A stretch of DNA of 64,000 nt from an uncultured bacterium. Its GTDB lineage: Bacteria; Babelota; Babeliae; Babelales; JABCYS01. Shown piece after piece: positions 33,534 through 42,895 of the stretch. Numbering within the stretch: the first letter of the stretch is position 1; the number at the start of each line of letters is the position of its first letter. Location of the stretch: contig CAVPKK010000005.1 of NCBI GenBank assembly GCA_963705705.1, positions 128,001 to 192,000 on the forward strand, read 5' to 3'. The position numbers and the translations under genes are program-made. The notes beneath the pieces are model-generated. The model ran no database searches, had not been told where the DNA came from, and saw only the letters and a list, made by a program, of their open reading frames with translations.

Positions 33534-34889
33534 ATGATGAACAGAAAAATGTTAAAAAATACATATATTCTTTTTATGGCTTGCTGCTGGATTATTAACC
33601 TCTATGCGCCATGTATTATTATTGCAGAGGCGGGGACTTATTTTATTGGCGGCAACCTCAACTGGGCTCCGAGTTTTGCTAACGATGCCATTATTGAAAT
33701 AACAGCGAGTGATGTTCTCTTGGATTTGGGTGGCAATGTACTTACACAAGCTAATCTTGTTTCACCATGCAATGGTATTGTAGTTGACCCAGGTCTGCTC
33801 AATGTTACGATTCGCAATGGGACTATCCAAGCAATCACGGGGACTGGCATAGGTATTGCATATGGTTGTTCAAATATAACCATTGAGAATATCCTAACCC
33901 TTTCATGCGATTTGCGTGCACTTTCTTGTGATGGTGCCCAAGGCGCGCAGATTAATGGTGTTAATATCAGGCATTTTAATGCTGGGGGATGTGGCGAGGG
34001 CATCGCAGCTGATTATGCGATGAGCTTCTATCAATGTTTGCATGTAAGCGCCGATAATATTCGCATTGCTAACTGTGGTTATCCAACACACAACTATAGT
34101 GGGCTTAGGCTTAATAGCGTCAATGGATCGGTTTTTAGCAGTATAGTCATCGATTCAAATTTTGCAGCCTCTATTAACAGAGGTTTTGATTTTACTGCCG
34201 TTACCGATACACGCCTTTCCGGGCTTGCTTGTCGCGGCGGATCTGTATTGCCCAATGGTACTTCTATTGGATTTGATTTACAAAGTTCTTGTACACATGC
34301 GGCGTTTGATGAATGTATTGCGCTGTCACAAGCTGCTTTGGGGCCAAATGGGGCGGCCATTGGGTTTAGGGTCCAACAAGGCAACGATAGTAATTGACTG
34401 CGTCAATGTCGCACTACCGGTCAATCGGGTGCTACTGCAACAGGATTCTGGCTCATTGGGGCTACACTTAGCGGATTGAGGGATTGTTTGACGCATAACA
34501 CCATGTCATCCCTAGCAACGGGCACGGCTATAGGGTTCGCTCTAACTTCTGCGAAAGATATTCAGGTGCTTGAATGTCTTTCCATTGACCATGTTTCTAG
34601 CGGAACAGCAATGGGTTTCAGCATAGATTCTTGTACTGACTGTTTGCTGAAAAAATGTGTTGCGGCAAATGTTAATGGTGCAAATGATTCTCAAACATAC
34701 GGTTTCTATTATATTGACGTTAATTCACGATGCGCATTCGTGCAGAATGTTGCATCACGCAATGGTTCAAGCGCAAACAGTGCAAATCAATTTTTTGGAT
34801 TTAATTCTTTCTCAAATACAGTTGTTGATGTTGAAACATCAGGGCCCGGAAATATAAGTGCGCCATGGACAAATATAGGACTTATTTAA
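33534..34889 (+). pseudogene. Cys-rich beta-helix protein interrupted by a single in-frame TGA (34395-34397)
   Basis: Track ORFs 33534-34397 and 34476-34889 share a frame; GNDSN*LRQC aligns with GNDEVSYRQC of the 35840 paralog; both end in PWTxIG. Confidence 0.7.
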
Positions 34890-35182
34890 CAGCAATATTC
34901 ATCTGCGTATTTTTGCAGCAACAAATGCATGCAGATCAAATTTTTGATGCAGTGTCGAAATTTGAAGAGGAACTGGTTGCTACCTTAGCGGCACTCGATG
35001 CGCCACTAGTTCCGGCGGAAAGCAAAATGCACCAGCCAATTATTGGTGATTATTTTCTAATAAATGAGAATGGCATTATCCAAATGACGCGGCTTCCTCT
35101 TGTGCAAGAGCAGGTGCATACTATAACTCTTGATTCCGGCGTGAAGATTTATTTTTGGCAGCCAAAGGACACCACATGCTAG
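34865..35182 (+). CDS. Small hypothetical secreted protein
   Basis: Signal-like N-terminus ending MHA; overlaps both neighbours. Confidence 0.5.
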   Translation: MDKYRTYLTAIFICVFLQQQMHADQIFDAVSKFEEELVATLAALDAPLVPAESKMHQPIIGDYFLINENGIIQMTRLPLVQEQVHTITLDSGVKIYFWQPKDTTC

Positions 35183-35805
35183 CACCTGTTACAGCAACAT
35201 ATATCCAATTGTTTATGATTGTTATTGTCTTTCTGTTTGCTGTTTCTGTTCACGAATTTGCGCATGCCATTACAGCTTATTGGTTAGGTGATGATACTGC
35301 CAAGCGTGCAGGACGCATGACACTCAATCCATTTGCTCATGTTGATTTTTTCGGTCTACTTTTTTTACTTTTGTTTCGGATAGGCTGGGCAAAACCGGTT
35401 CCTATGGATGAACGGAATTTTTCTCATCCTAGATTATATTCGGTGCTCAGCGGCTTGGCCGGCCCGATTGCGAATTTGATTGTTGCACTTATTTCATTGT
35501 ATGGCGAAGCGTATATACCAAACTTATTAGGATCTGATGGTGCAGTGTTGGCTACATTATTCTTTAAGCTGAGCGCATGGGTGAATGTGATGCTTGCAGT
35601 CTTTAACTTTATTCCATTACCACCATTAGATGGATCTCATATTATTCGCGCGCTCATGCCGACGAGTTGGTTGCCTGGCTATTATAGCTTTATGCGTTTT
35701 TCATTTTTAATTTTGCTCGTACTTATTTTATTGCCAACAACGCAACTATTGTTGTTGGAAAGTATTGAATGGACGCAGGAAATGCTGGAGCATTTGGTGC
35801 TCTAA
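35176..35805 (+). CDS. Site-2 protease (peptidase M50)
   Basis: HEFAH, GDDTAKRAGRMTLNP, GWAKPVP, AGP, FNFIPLPPLDG. Confidence 0.93.
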   Translation: MLAPVTATYIQLFMIVIVFLFAVSVHEFAHAITAYWLGDDTAKRAGRMTLNPFAHVDFFGLLFLLLFRIGWAKPVPMDERNFSHPRLYSVLSGLAGPIANLIVALISLYGEAYIPNLLGSDGAVLATLFFKLSAWVNVMLAVFNFIPLPPLDGSHIIRALMPTSWLPGYYSFMRFSFLILLVLILLPTTQLLLLESIEWTQEMLEHLVL

Positions 35806-35839
35806 TCTAATTCTTTGTCATTCTTGAAGGGAGTCTGTT

Positions 35840-37226
35840 ATGGACTACGTGCGCGCTTATGCGGTTGCTGGTTGTTGCTTTTTAGCGACTATATTATATG
35901 CGCCGTGCGTTCCAGATAACTGCTCCTGGCACATATCTTCTCGGCGGAGGCAACGCCGGTCTTAACTATGCACCATCTTCAGCCAATGATTCTATTATTA
36001 AGATTAGCTCTAGCGGGGTTATTCTTGACTTGGGTGGACACACTCTTAAGCAAAGCAATTTTGTAGCAGGCTTGAGTGGCGTTGTAATTGATCCCAACCT
36101 ATCAAATATCATTGTTCGCAATGGCTATATAAAAAATATAACTGGCGCAGGCATTTGCATTGGTGCAGGGTGTTCGGTCATTAATATTGAAAATATTGTG
36201 ACCATGTCGTGTGATACGCGGGCGATTTCATGTATCGGTGCCCATACTAATCTAATCAATAATTTAACCATCCGAAATTGTACATTAACAGGTTGTTGCC
36301 AAGGAGCTCTTGCCGATTATGTGGTAAGCCTTTCTGAGTGCGTACACACACAAATTATTGATTGCAATGCAACATGCAATGGCTTGCCCTCACTTTCAGC
36401 ATTGAGTGGCCTACATTTATTCAATGTAGCAAGTAGTCGGTTCAGTGGGATAAATATAAGCCGTCAACAGGCAAGTAGTACACTCCGCTGCATTGATGCA
36501 TCTGGAGTTACCGATGCTATGTTTGTAGATTGTAAAATAAAAAATAGCTTGATTGGGAATAATGGCACGGTTATTGGTATTGATTTGCTGGGATCGTGCA
36601 CGAATGTGATGTTTCAGCAATGTTATTGTTTGTCGGTCACATCTAATGGAACTTCAGCGACAACTATTGGCTTCAGAGTACAAGCAGGTAATGATGAAGT
36701 TTCGTATAGACAATGTGCTGTCGCTAATATGGTAGGCGATGGAACTCTATATGGATTTTATACAAGCGGTAATCGTACAAGCTATAGTGAGTGCATAGCA
36801 AAACGTGCCGCAGCAGGCTCGGGCAGCGCGATAGCATTTGAATTAAATCAAGCAAAAAACAGCAAGGTTAGTCGTTGCACGATTGAGGACTATAGCTCAA
36901 CCAGCGGAATTGCTGTTGGTATTGATATTCAAGGATTTGGAACAACTGTTGGTGGTATAGGTTTAGTTAATAATATCATTGGCTTTTGCGTTGATTCTAC
37001 TGCTGCTGGCGGTTATGCAATTCGTACGACAAATGCTGGTACAGCACCGACTGATTTATTTACGATTCAAAACATTGCCTATCGGACTGGCACAAGCGCA
37101 TCGAGCCTATTTGCGAATGTTAATACCAATAGTGTGCAAACAAACAATCTGTCAGCTCTACTTAATGGTGGCATGAATGGGGTTTTGGTTTCGCCATGGA
37201 CATCAATTGGAATAACCACGAATTAG
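35840..37226 (+). CDS. Cys-rich beta-helix protein with a probable 1-nt frameshift at ~35912 separating the signal peptide
   Basis: GGGAG RBS then ATG 35840 gives MDYVRAYAVAGCCFLATILYAPCV; dropping one C joins QITAPGTYLLGG, matching paralog LYAPCIIIAEAGTYFIGG. Confidence 0.7.
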
Positions 37227-37230
37227 TTTA

Positions 37231-38874
37231 TTAGATGAGCGCCTTGAGTGCCATCCAAAGAGAATTGGCTGCAAATACACCGGACCAGAAAGGTGTCCAC
37301 TCATCTGGCCGTTTGGTTAATTTGGTAAGCACTGCGCCGAAGGAAAGACCAAGAGTAATATTAATTGGCATGAGCAAGCCGCCGAGTACCCACATTGGGT
37401 TTAAATGAATGTATTTTAGTAGCGCTCCTACTACGGCACCAATCGCCAATACCCAAAGATCTACAGAACCCGATTTTACGAGCAATGCTCTTGTTTGTGC
37501 ACGTTGGGCAAATAATTCGGGGCTTCCTAATCCAAATTTCTTGATAAGTAAAAGTAATACGAAACTTACAATCAATGAGCTGATGGCGAGTCCAAAGAGT
37601 TGGTATCGTTTCATGGTGCCGCTGGATATGCCGCCCAAATGCCCCATTTTACGATTGAAGAGAATATCACTTGCAACACCACCACAAATTTCTACAAAAG
37701 TAGCAATGATCGTGATTTGAACGGGATTTGGTTTAAATATAAAGAGTGCAGGAACCATAACGAAAGTGGCCCAGCGTCCAAGTTGTGCAAGCCCAAGTTT
37801 TCCAGCGATTTCGAGCATCAGATAGGCGCATATGAGCGTAAAGACCACCAAGTATATCTGTTCAAATAGCGGAAATTCGAAATAGGATAAATAAGTAGCG
37901 ATAATAAATACTAGTATCCAAGTCTCAATGTTTTTAAAAATATTGGACAATGCAAATCCAGATGAGCCCGTTTTTTTATTAAAAAAAGATTTTATCCCTT
38001 TGACCAATGTTTTTGGTGTGCTGATGAATGATGATAACGTTCCAGCCACAATCATGCCGCTCGCAAATGCTAAAATAAAATTTTGGCTTGATATGTGCGG
38101 AAACCAAAGATGGTTAATCGTATCGGCACCAACAAACTTCAAAATTGCACCGGCGATCAACGGTGTCATTATTTCCAAGCCTGTTACAAAGCCAATTGAC
38201 CAATAAATTGGCATCATTTCGAACGGCATCGATGGAATTGTTAAGGGTCCAAATGATATTGCCGGGGAAAGAATAATTTTTTCAGGAATAAGCGAGCCAG
38301 TTAAACATCGGGGTATCCATGCCTGACAGATCGTAATGCCGGTTTGCAAAATACAGAATAATGTAGTGCCCAAAAAGCCAATGGTAAGTTCGTAAGCTTT
38401 GCTTAGCTGATGATGCGCCGTTACCATTTTGTAAGCAAGCTCACCTACGGCGAATGGTAGTTGCTGTTCGATGAGCATGCGATGTTCGCACCAATCGGCC
38501 AACATGATTCCAAGCCATCCGGCAATCAATGCAAGACCGCTAACCGCAAAAATAAATAGAGTAGGTTTTTCAATCCAATGATTGAATGTTGCGGGATCTA
38601 AAAAAAATAGGGTAGGGAAAGAGAAACCGAATGCGGTTGCTAAAATGCCGCCAACAGAGCCGCCTGCCACGGCTAACATGATGCGGCGATCAACATTTGT
38701 GATTGAGCTTATAAAGATTCGCATCGCAGCAAAAATGAGTGAAGCCATTAATACGAGGGTAGTGTTTATCCATGGGCCGATGCCGGTAGATATTGAGGTA
38801 TAAGCTAATACGGTAGTCGAAAAGGTGGCAAAGACAGCGGTCAATAGAATAGTTAACAACATAGACACTCCCAA
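37231..38874 (-). CDS. Polytopic membrane transporter, OPT-family-like
   Basis: Many TM helices, LIEQQLPFAVG motif reminiscent of the OPT L.FP.G motif. Confidence 0.6.
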   Translation of the reverse strand: MGVSMLLTILLTAVFATFSTTVLAYTSISTGIGPWINTTLVLMASLIFAAMRIFISSITNVDRRIMLAVAGGSVGGILATAFGFSFPTLFFLDPATFNHWIEKPTLFIFAVSGLALIAGWLGIMLADWCEHRMLIEQQLPFAVGELAYKMVTAHHQLSKAYELTIGFLGTTLFCILQTGITICQAWIPRCLTGSLIPEKIILSPAISFGPLTIPSMPFEMMPIYWSIGFVTGLEIMTPLIAGAILKFVGADTINHLWFPHISSQNFILAFASGMIVAGTLSSFISTPKTLVKGIKSFFNKKTGSSGFALSNIFKNIETWILVFIIATYLSYFEFPLFEQIYLVVFTLICAYLMLEIAGKLGLAQLGRWATFVMVPALFIFKPNPVQITIIATFVEICGGVASDILFNRKMGHLGGISSGTMKRYQLFGLAISSLIVSFVLLLLIKKFGLGSPELFAQRAQTRALLVKSGSVDLWVLAIGAVVGALLKYIHLNPMWVLGGLLMPINITLGLSFGAVLTKLTKRPDEWTPFWSGVFAANSLWMALKALI

Positions 38875-38998
38875 GGTCGCGCCACTATCCTTCGTTCAGA
38901 ATGGACGCGGTTTACCGATTTCTCGCATTAGAGGTGCACCAATCTAGCATCATCAGCCATTTGCAACAACTCAGGATGTAGTTCAGTTCGTGCGAAGT

Positions 38999-40081
38999 TT
39001 ATACGATAGGATTTTGTGATTGGCTTTGGTGCAGAAATTCTTCCCAGGATGGGAAATCTGTGAGATGTATTAATGGGTTTTGGGCAATAAATAATTTTTT
39101 ATGCTGCAAGTAATGGTTGGCAAGATTTGCGAGCATCTGTTTCGCAGGGTGATATTCAAAACTCAATGTACTAAATAATCGGATTAAATTTTCGTCATTT
39201 TCGCGGATTTTAAATCGAATGCGCGTTGTATTTGGCGTTGTATAATCATCAAAATATGAGACAGAGCTCGATTCTATGCCAAATGAGGTAAGTAATGCCC
39301 GCAACTGTTCTTGAAATGCGACACCATAATCAGCATAGGGCGTCCGTTGTGATTGTTGGATAAAAATGCCATTAAAATGGTACTTCGTTTTCGCCGTTGG
39401 CGCTGCCATTCTGCAGCCGAGATAGGCAGACAAAAATAATTGTTGTTGCCATCGATTTGCTTCATGTAAAAGCCAAGAAGGTATTTCAAGCTTCTGTTCA
39501 CCCCGGTTGCCCGCAGGAAATCCAAGCGCATGCAACAGAATAACAGGTGGTGTAGAGGCAATCTGCAAGCGGTATGTTGTGCTGGTTTCAACAAGAGAAT
39601 AGAAATTCTTTGTTTTTCTGAACGGCTCAATTTTCAGTGTAATACTGGATGGGATGTTCAGCTTGAGAAGATCGGCCTGCACAAGATCAATAATTTCTTT
39701 CCGTGCATACACATCGATATATGGCCGATTATCTTTCGTATTGGACAGGCGGCCTTCGGATAATAGAAAACCGAAAATTTTTATCAGCTGCTGAAGGCGA
39801 CAATCATTTAGTTTTAATGGCAGGAAGTTTTGTTCCTTCAATACGCTCACAGCCCGATCACGGCGCGAGGGCGCGTGAATACTAAACGTATTTAGTGATT
39901 CCAAAATTCTTTGCTCATCAATAATAATAAAGTCAGATGATTCTTCGTGACTTTGGCCGGCGAATATGTTGGTTTGGAGGCAAGAGGAGGAGGTGGAAGG
40001 AGGGATTAAGGAAAGGTTAAGCGAGAAAAGTGAGTTGGTTGCAAGGAGGAAGGATGTCGTAATTAGCGTCAAAATGCGCAT
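38999..40081 (-). CDS. Free-standing intein-type (DOD/LAGLIDADG) endonuclease domain with signal-peptide-like N-terminus
   Basis: IFGFLLSEG, LLHALGFPAG..IPSWL, LFLSAYLG, LLTSFGIES, NLIRLFSTLSFEY; AAGGAG RBS before ATG 40081. The track's longer start overlaps a tRNA. Confidence 0.7.
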   Translation of the reverse strand: MRILTLITTSFLLATNSLFSLNLSLIPPSTSSSCLQTNIFAGQSHEESSDFIIIDEQRILESLNTFSIHAPSRRDRAVSVLKEQNFLPLKLNDCRLQQLIKIFGFLLSEGRLSNTKDNRPYIDVYARKEIIDLVQADLLKLNIPSSITLKIEPFRKTKNFYSLVETSTTYRLQIASTPPVILLHALGFPAGNRGEQKLEIPSWLLHEANRWQQQLFLSAYLGCRMAAPTAKTKYHFNGIFIQQSQRTPYADYGVAFQEQLRALLTSFGIESSSVSYFDDYTTPNTTRIRFKIRENDENLIRLFSTLSFEYHPAKQMLANLANHYLQHKKLFIAQNPLIHLTDFPSWEEFLHQSQSQNPIV

Positions 40082-40127
40082 TCTGAAACTCCTTCTTCTG
40101 AGAATGACGATTGGGTCGTTAAAAAAA

Positions 40128-40219
40128 TGGAGGAGGGTGTGGGAATCGAACCCACGAGACCCGTTTCGGGGCCTAACGGTTTTCAAGACCGCCGCAATCG
40201 ACCGCTCTGCCAACCCTCC
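40128..40219 (-). tRNA. tRNA-Ser(TGA)
   Basis: GGAGGGT acceptor, GCGGT-CTTGAAA-ACCGT anticodon arm, long variable arm, CCA. Confidence 0.95.
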
Positions 40220-40337
40220 AAAGAAAATTTCACAGAATGTAGCTGCCAATGCCCTTTTCCAAGCATCGATAAAAAAAGTAGTTTTTCAAAAATAATTGCG
40301 ACCGCTATTTTCGCATTAATCAATAATCAATTCAAGA

Positions 40338-40414
40338 TGGTGCGCCCATCAGGAGTTGAACCTGAAACCTTCAGATCCGTAGTCTGATGCTCTATCCAAT
40401 TGAGCTATGGGCGC
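40338..40414 (-). tRNA. tRNA-Arg(ACG)
   Basis: GCGCCCA acceptor, TCAGA-CTACGGA-TCTGA anticodon arm, CCA. Confidence 0.95.
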
Positions 40415-40481
40415 CTAATTATTGATGTAATTTTCAATGATCTTAACAAACGTATTTATTAATAGATGACGCTTGTTGTAT

Positions 40482-40573
40482 TGGCGGAGGAGCCGAGGCT
40501 CGAACTCGGATGCCAGGTTTTATCCCGGCCCTTGCTTAGCAGGCAAGTGCGTTAACCATTCCGCCACTCCTCC
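40482..40573 (-). tRNA. tRNA-Ser(GCT)
   Basis: GGAGGAG acceptor, CTTGC-CTGCTAA-GCAAG anticodon arm, long variable arm, CCA. Confidence 0.93.
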
Positions 40574-40701
40574 GACTGTTCAAAGAGGACAAAAAGGATA
40601 CGATCTTCCCGATTTTATGCAAGACATCCCCTCGTTCTGTTGTCCCATAACTAACGGTGTGCTAAGGTATTGTCAATTATTGAACAAGATCTGGAGCTCC
40701 T

Positions 40702-41046
40702 ATGACCGAAGTCGCAAAAAATTGCATATTCTGCCGTATTATTAGGAAAGAGCTTCCTGCTGCTATAATCGAGGAAAATGATGATATCATTGTTATTAAT
40801 GATATAAACCCAAAGGCACCGGTTCACTGGCTTATTATCCCGAAAAAACATATTCCCGACCTCCAGTCGCTTGGGGAGGAAGATAAGCGGTTGGCCTGCA
40901 ATATGCTGTTCATGGCACAAGAACTTGCCAAGAAATTGCCGCCTCCTCATGCCTTTCGGCTTATTTCCAATAACGGAGCCAGTGCAGGGCAGCACGTCTT
41001 TCATATCCATTTTCATTTTCTCAGTGGCACACGCATGGAATTCTAA
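40702..41046 (+). CDS. hinT: HIT-family nucleotide-binding protein
   Basis: CIFCRII, DINPKAPVH, HIHFH triad. Confidence 0.92.
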   Translation: MTEVAKNCIFCRIIRKELPAAIIEENDDIIVINDINPKAPVHWLIIPKKHIPDLQSLGEEDKRLACNMLFMAQELAKKLPPPHAFRLISNNGASAGQHVFHIHFHFLSGTRMEF

Positions 41047-41354
41047 TGCTCATATTTGAGATCAAAGTTATTCCCAGTTCCGGTCGGATCGGTTGCACTT
41101 TAGATAGGTCTAGTATGCTCAAATGCGCGCTTAAAAGTCCAGCCGAAAACAATAAAGCCAATGAAGAATTGATTAAATTTATAGCCCGCGCGGTTGGTGC
41201 GCAGCAACATCAGGTTCATATTATGACCGGCCTTACGGCTCGAAAGAAAAGAGTCGCAATCGGTATCAATATCACCTATGCCCAATTGCTGCATTCACTT
41301 GGTATTACCGAACAGCAAACACAGGCCCTAAGCTCAGATGGGAGGGTAATATAA
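41046..41354 (+). CDS. YggU/DUF167-family protein
   Basis: IKVIPSS, SPAENNKANEELIKF, G.TARKK. Confidence 0.85.
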   Translation: MLIFEIKVIPSSGRIGCTLDRSSMLKCALKSPAENNKANEELIKFIARAVGAQQHQVHIMTGLTARKKRVAIGINITYAQLLHSLGITEQQTQALSSDGRVI

Positions 41355-42556
41355 TGCCATTGTATAAATGGAAAGGCGTTGATGTAACGGGGTTATCCTG
41401 TTCGGGCAAAGATGAAGCGATAAGTCAGACTGATCTGGAAAACGTTCTGAGATCACGTGGCATCGCAATACTACAGGCTAAAGAAAGCTTTTTGATCCAA
41501 TCGCGGATAGGAAAAATTTTTCCCGCCAAAAGGGGCCATACTATAAATGAGCTGCTTTTTTTTCCAAATTTGGCTGAACTGCTCGACGCAGGTCTTTTTA
41601 TTTCTGATGCCGTAACATTAATAGCCAATCAACAAAAGAAAAATAGCGAAGGCCTAAAGAGCATAAAAAATCAATTAGATAAAGGGCATCCACTGAGCTC
41701 TACGCTCGAGCCATTTGGGATATCGTCACTTATTTTATCTCTAATTCGTGCCGGCGAAGAAACCGCGAGCCTCCCGCAAACTACCCAACTGATTGCGCGT
41801 CATCTACACCAGCAGCAAGAATTTCGTTCGCGCATTAAGGCGGCGATTTATATGCCGATTATTACACTTGTTTTCTTCGTTTTCATGATGTTAGTGATTA
41901 TTTTCGGCCTGGTACCCAAAATTATTGGCCTATTCCCAAGTGGAACCAAATTGCCCTATGCGTTGACCGTGCTCAACTCGATCAATCACCTCTTCGAGTC
42001 CCCAATTGCAATGGTTGGCCTTGTAACGTTTTCTTCTGCATTAGGTGGCCTGGTTTTTTGGCTGAAAAATACCGGGAAGCCGTATCTTGACCGTATGGTC
42101 CTGCATATTCCTCTAATCCGCACCTGGGTTATTAATCGTAACATGGCAAACGTTTTGACTTCTCTGGGTATCATGCTCGACGGCGGTATTCCACTTTCGC
42201 GAGCTCTTCCTTTGGCGGGTCAGGGTTTAACCAATTCCATTTTGCGAACCAAATTTGAACACATTAGCCATGCCATAGATATGGGCACTCCTTTTAGTCA
42301 GGCAATCACGGAATATCTGGGCTTAGATGATCTAGCAATTGTTATGGCGTTGGGCGAACAAACAGGTCGACTGGCTCAGCTGGTCTCTCGGGCTGCTCGT
42401 GGATATGAAAAGCAATGCACTGAATTTTTGACCCTTATTACGCAAATTATCCAACCCGCGCTTATAATTATTCTCGGCCTGGGCATTGCAGGGCTGGTTG
42501 GAGCCGTCTATCTGCCGATATTAGAACTTGCACAGGGGATACCGCAAGGGATCTAA
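41354..42556 (+). CDS. Type II secretion/type IV pilus platform protein (GspF/PilC family)
   Basis: MPLYKWKG start, two T2SSF repeats (LLDAGL..AGEET; MLDGGIP..GEQTG), YLPI C-terminus. Confidence 0.88.
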   Translation: MPLYKWKGVDVTGLSCSGKDEAISQTDLENVLRSRGIAILQAKESFLIQSRIGKIFPAKRGHTINELLFFPNLAELLDAGLFISDAVTLIANQQKKNSEGLKSIKNQLDKGHPLSSTLEPFGISSLILSLIRAGEETASLPQTTQLIARHLHQQQEFRSRIKAAIYMPIITLVFFVFMMLVIIFGLVPKIIGLFPSGTKLPYALTVLNSINHLFESPIAMVGLVTFSSALGGLVFWLKNTGKPYLDRMVLHIPLIRTWVINRNMANVLTSLGIMLDGGIPLSRALPLAGQGLTNSILRTKFEHISHAIDMGTPFSQAITEYLGLDDLAIVMALGEQTGRLAQLVSRAARGYEKQCTEFLTLITQIIQPALIIILGLGIAGLVGAVYLPILELAQGIPQGI

Positions 42557-42621
42557 ATGCGGTATAATGTTTCTTCATCTGCATGCTAGCTCACATTCAA
42601 AAAATAAGATGCAGGTTGATT

Positions 42622-42732
42622 GCGCTCATCCTGAGTCTTCGACGAGACTCAGACCTAAAGGCCTTCGATAAGTCACTTCGAGTCGAAGGGTTCACTCCTG
42701 AGTTTATCGAAGGATCGAAGGATCGTAGCGCG
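42622..42732 (+). repeat. 111-bp multi-hairpin composite repeat just upstream of tRNA-Leu
   Basis: Colinear with the reverse complement of 13877-13987. Confidence 0.88.
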
Positions 42733-42754
42733 CAGGTAAATTCTTCTTTTATAT

Positions 42755-42841
42755 GCCGAAGTGGTGGAATGGTAGACACGCAGGTCTCAAAAACCTGTGG
42801 CTGTAATGGTCGTGCCGGTTCAAGTCCGGCCTTCGGCACCA
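42755..42841 (+). tRNA. tRNA-Leu(CAA)
   Basis: GCCGAAG acceptor, CAGGT-CTCAAAA-ACCTG anticodon arm, variable arm, CCA. Confidence 0.96.
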
Positions 42842-42895
42842 GTGCATTTTATTTTTTCGTAATTGATGGCAGTTCGTTTTATAGAAAAGAAAATC

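Noticed and set aside
34395..34397. Genome-wide TGA reassignment (code 4 or 25)
   Set aside because: TGA ends ruvA, the Nudix gene and glk at their expected C-termini, and other long genes have no internal TGA.
38878..38980. Possible decayed repeat copies (CGCGCCACTATCCTTCG..., AACTCAGGATG)
   Set aside because: Too degenerate to count without a profile search.
40082..40249. N-terminal extension of the LAGLIDADG ORF
   Set aside because: Overlaps tRNA-Ser(TGA); a good RBS precedes ATG 40081.
40128..42841. Prophage or integrative element at the tRNAs
   Set aside because: No integrase, phage gene or duplicated tRNA 3' end was seen.
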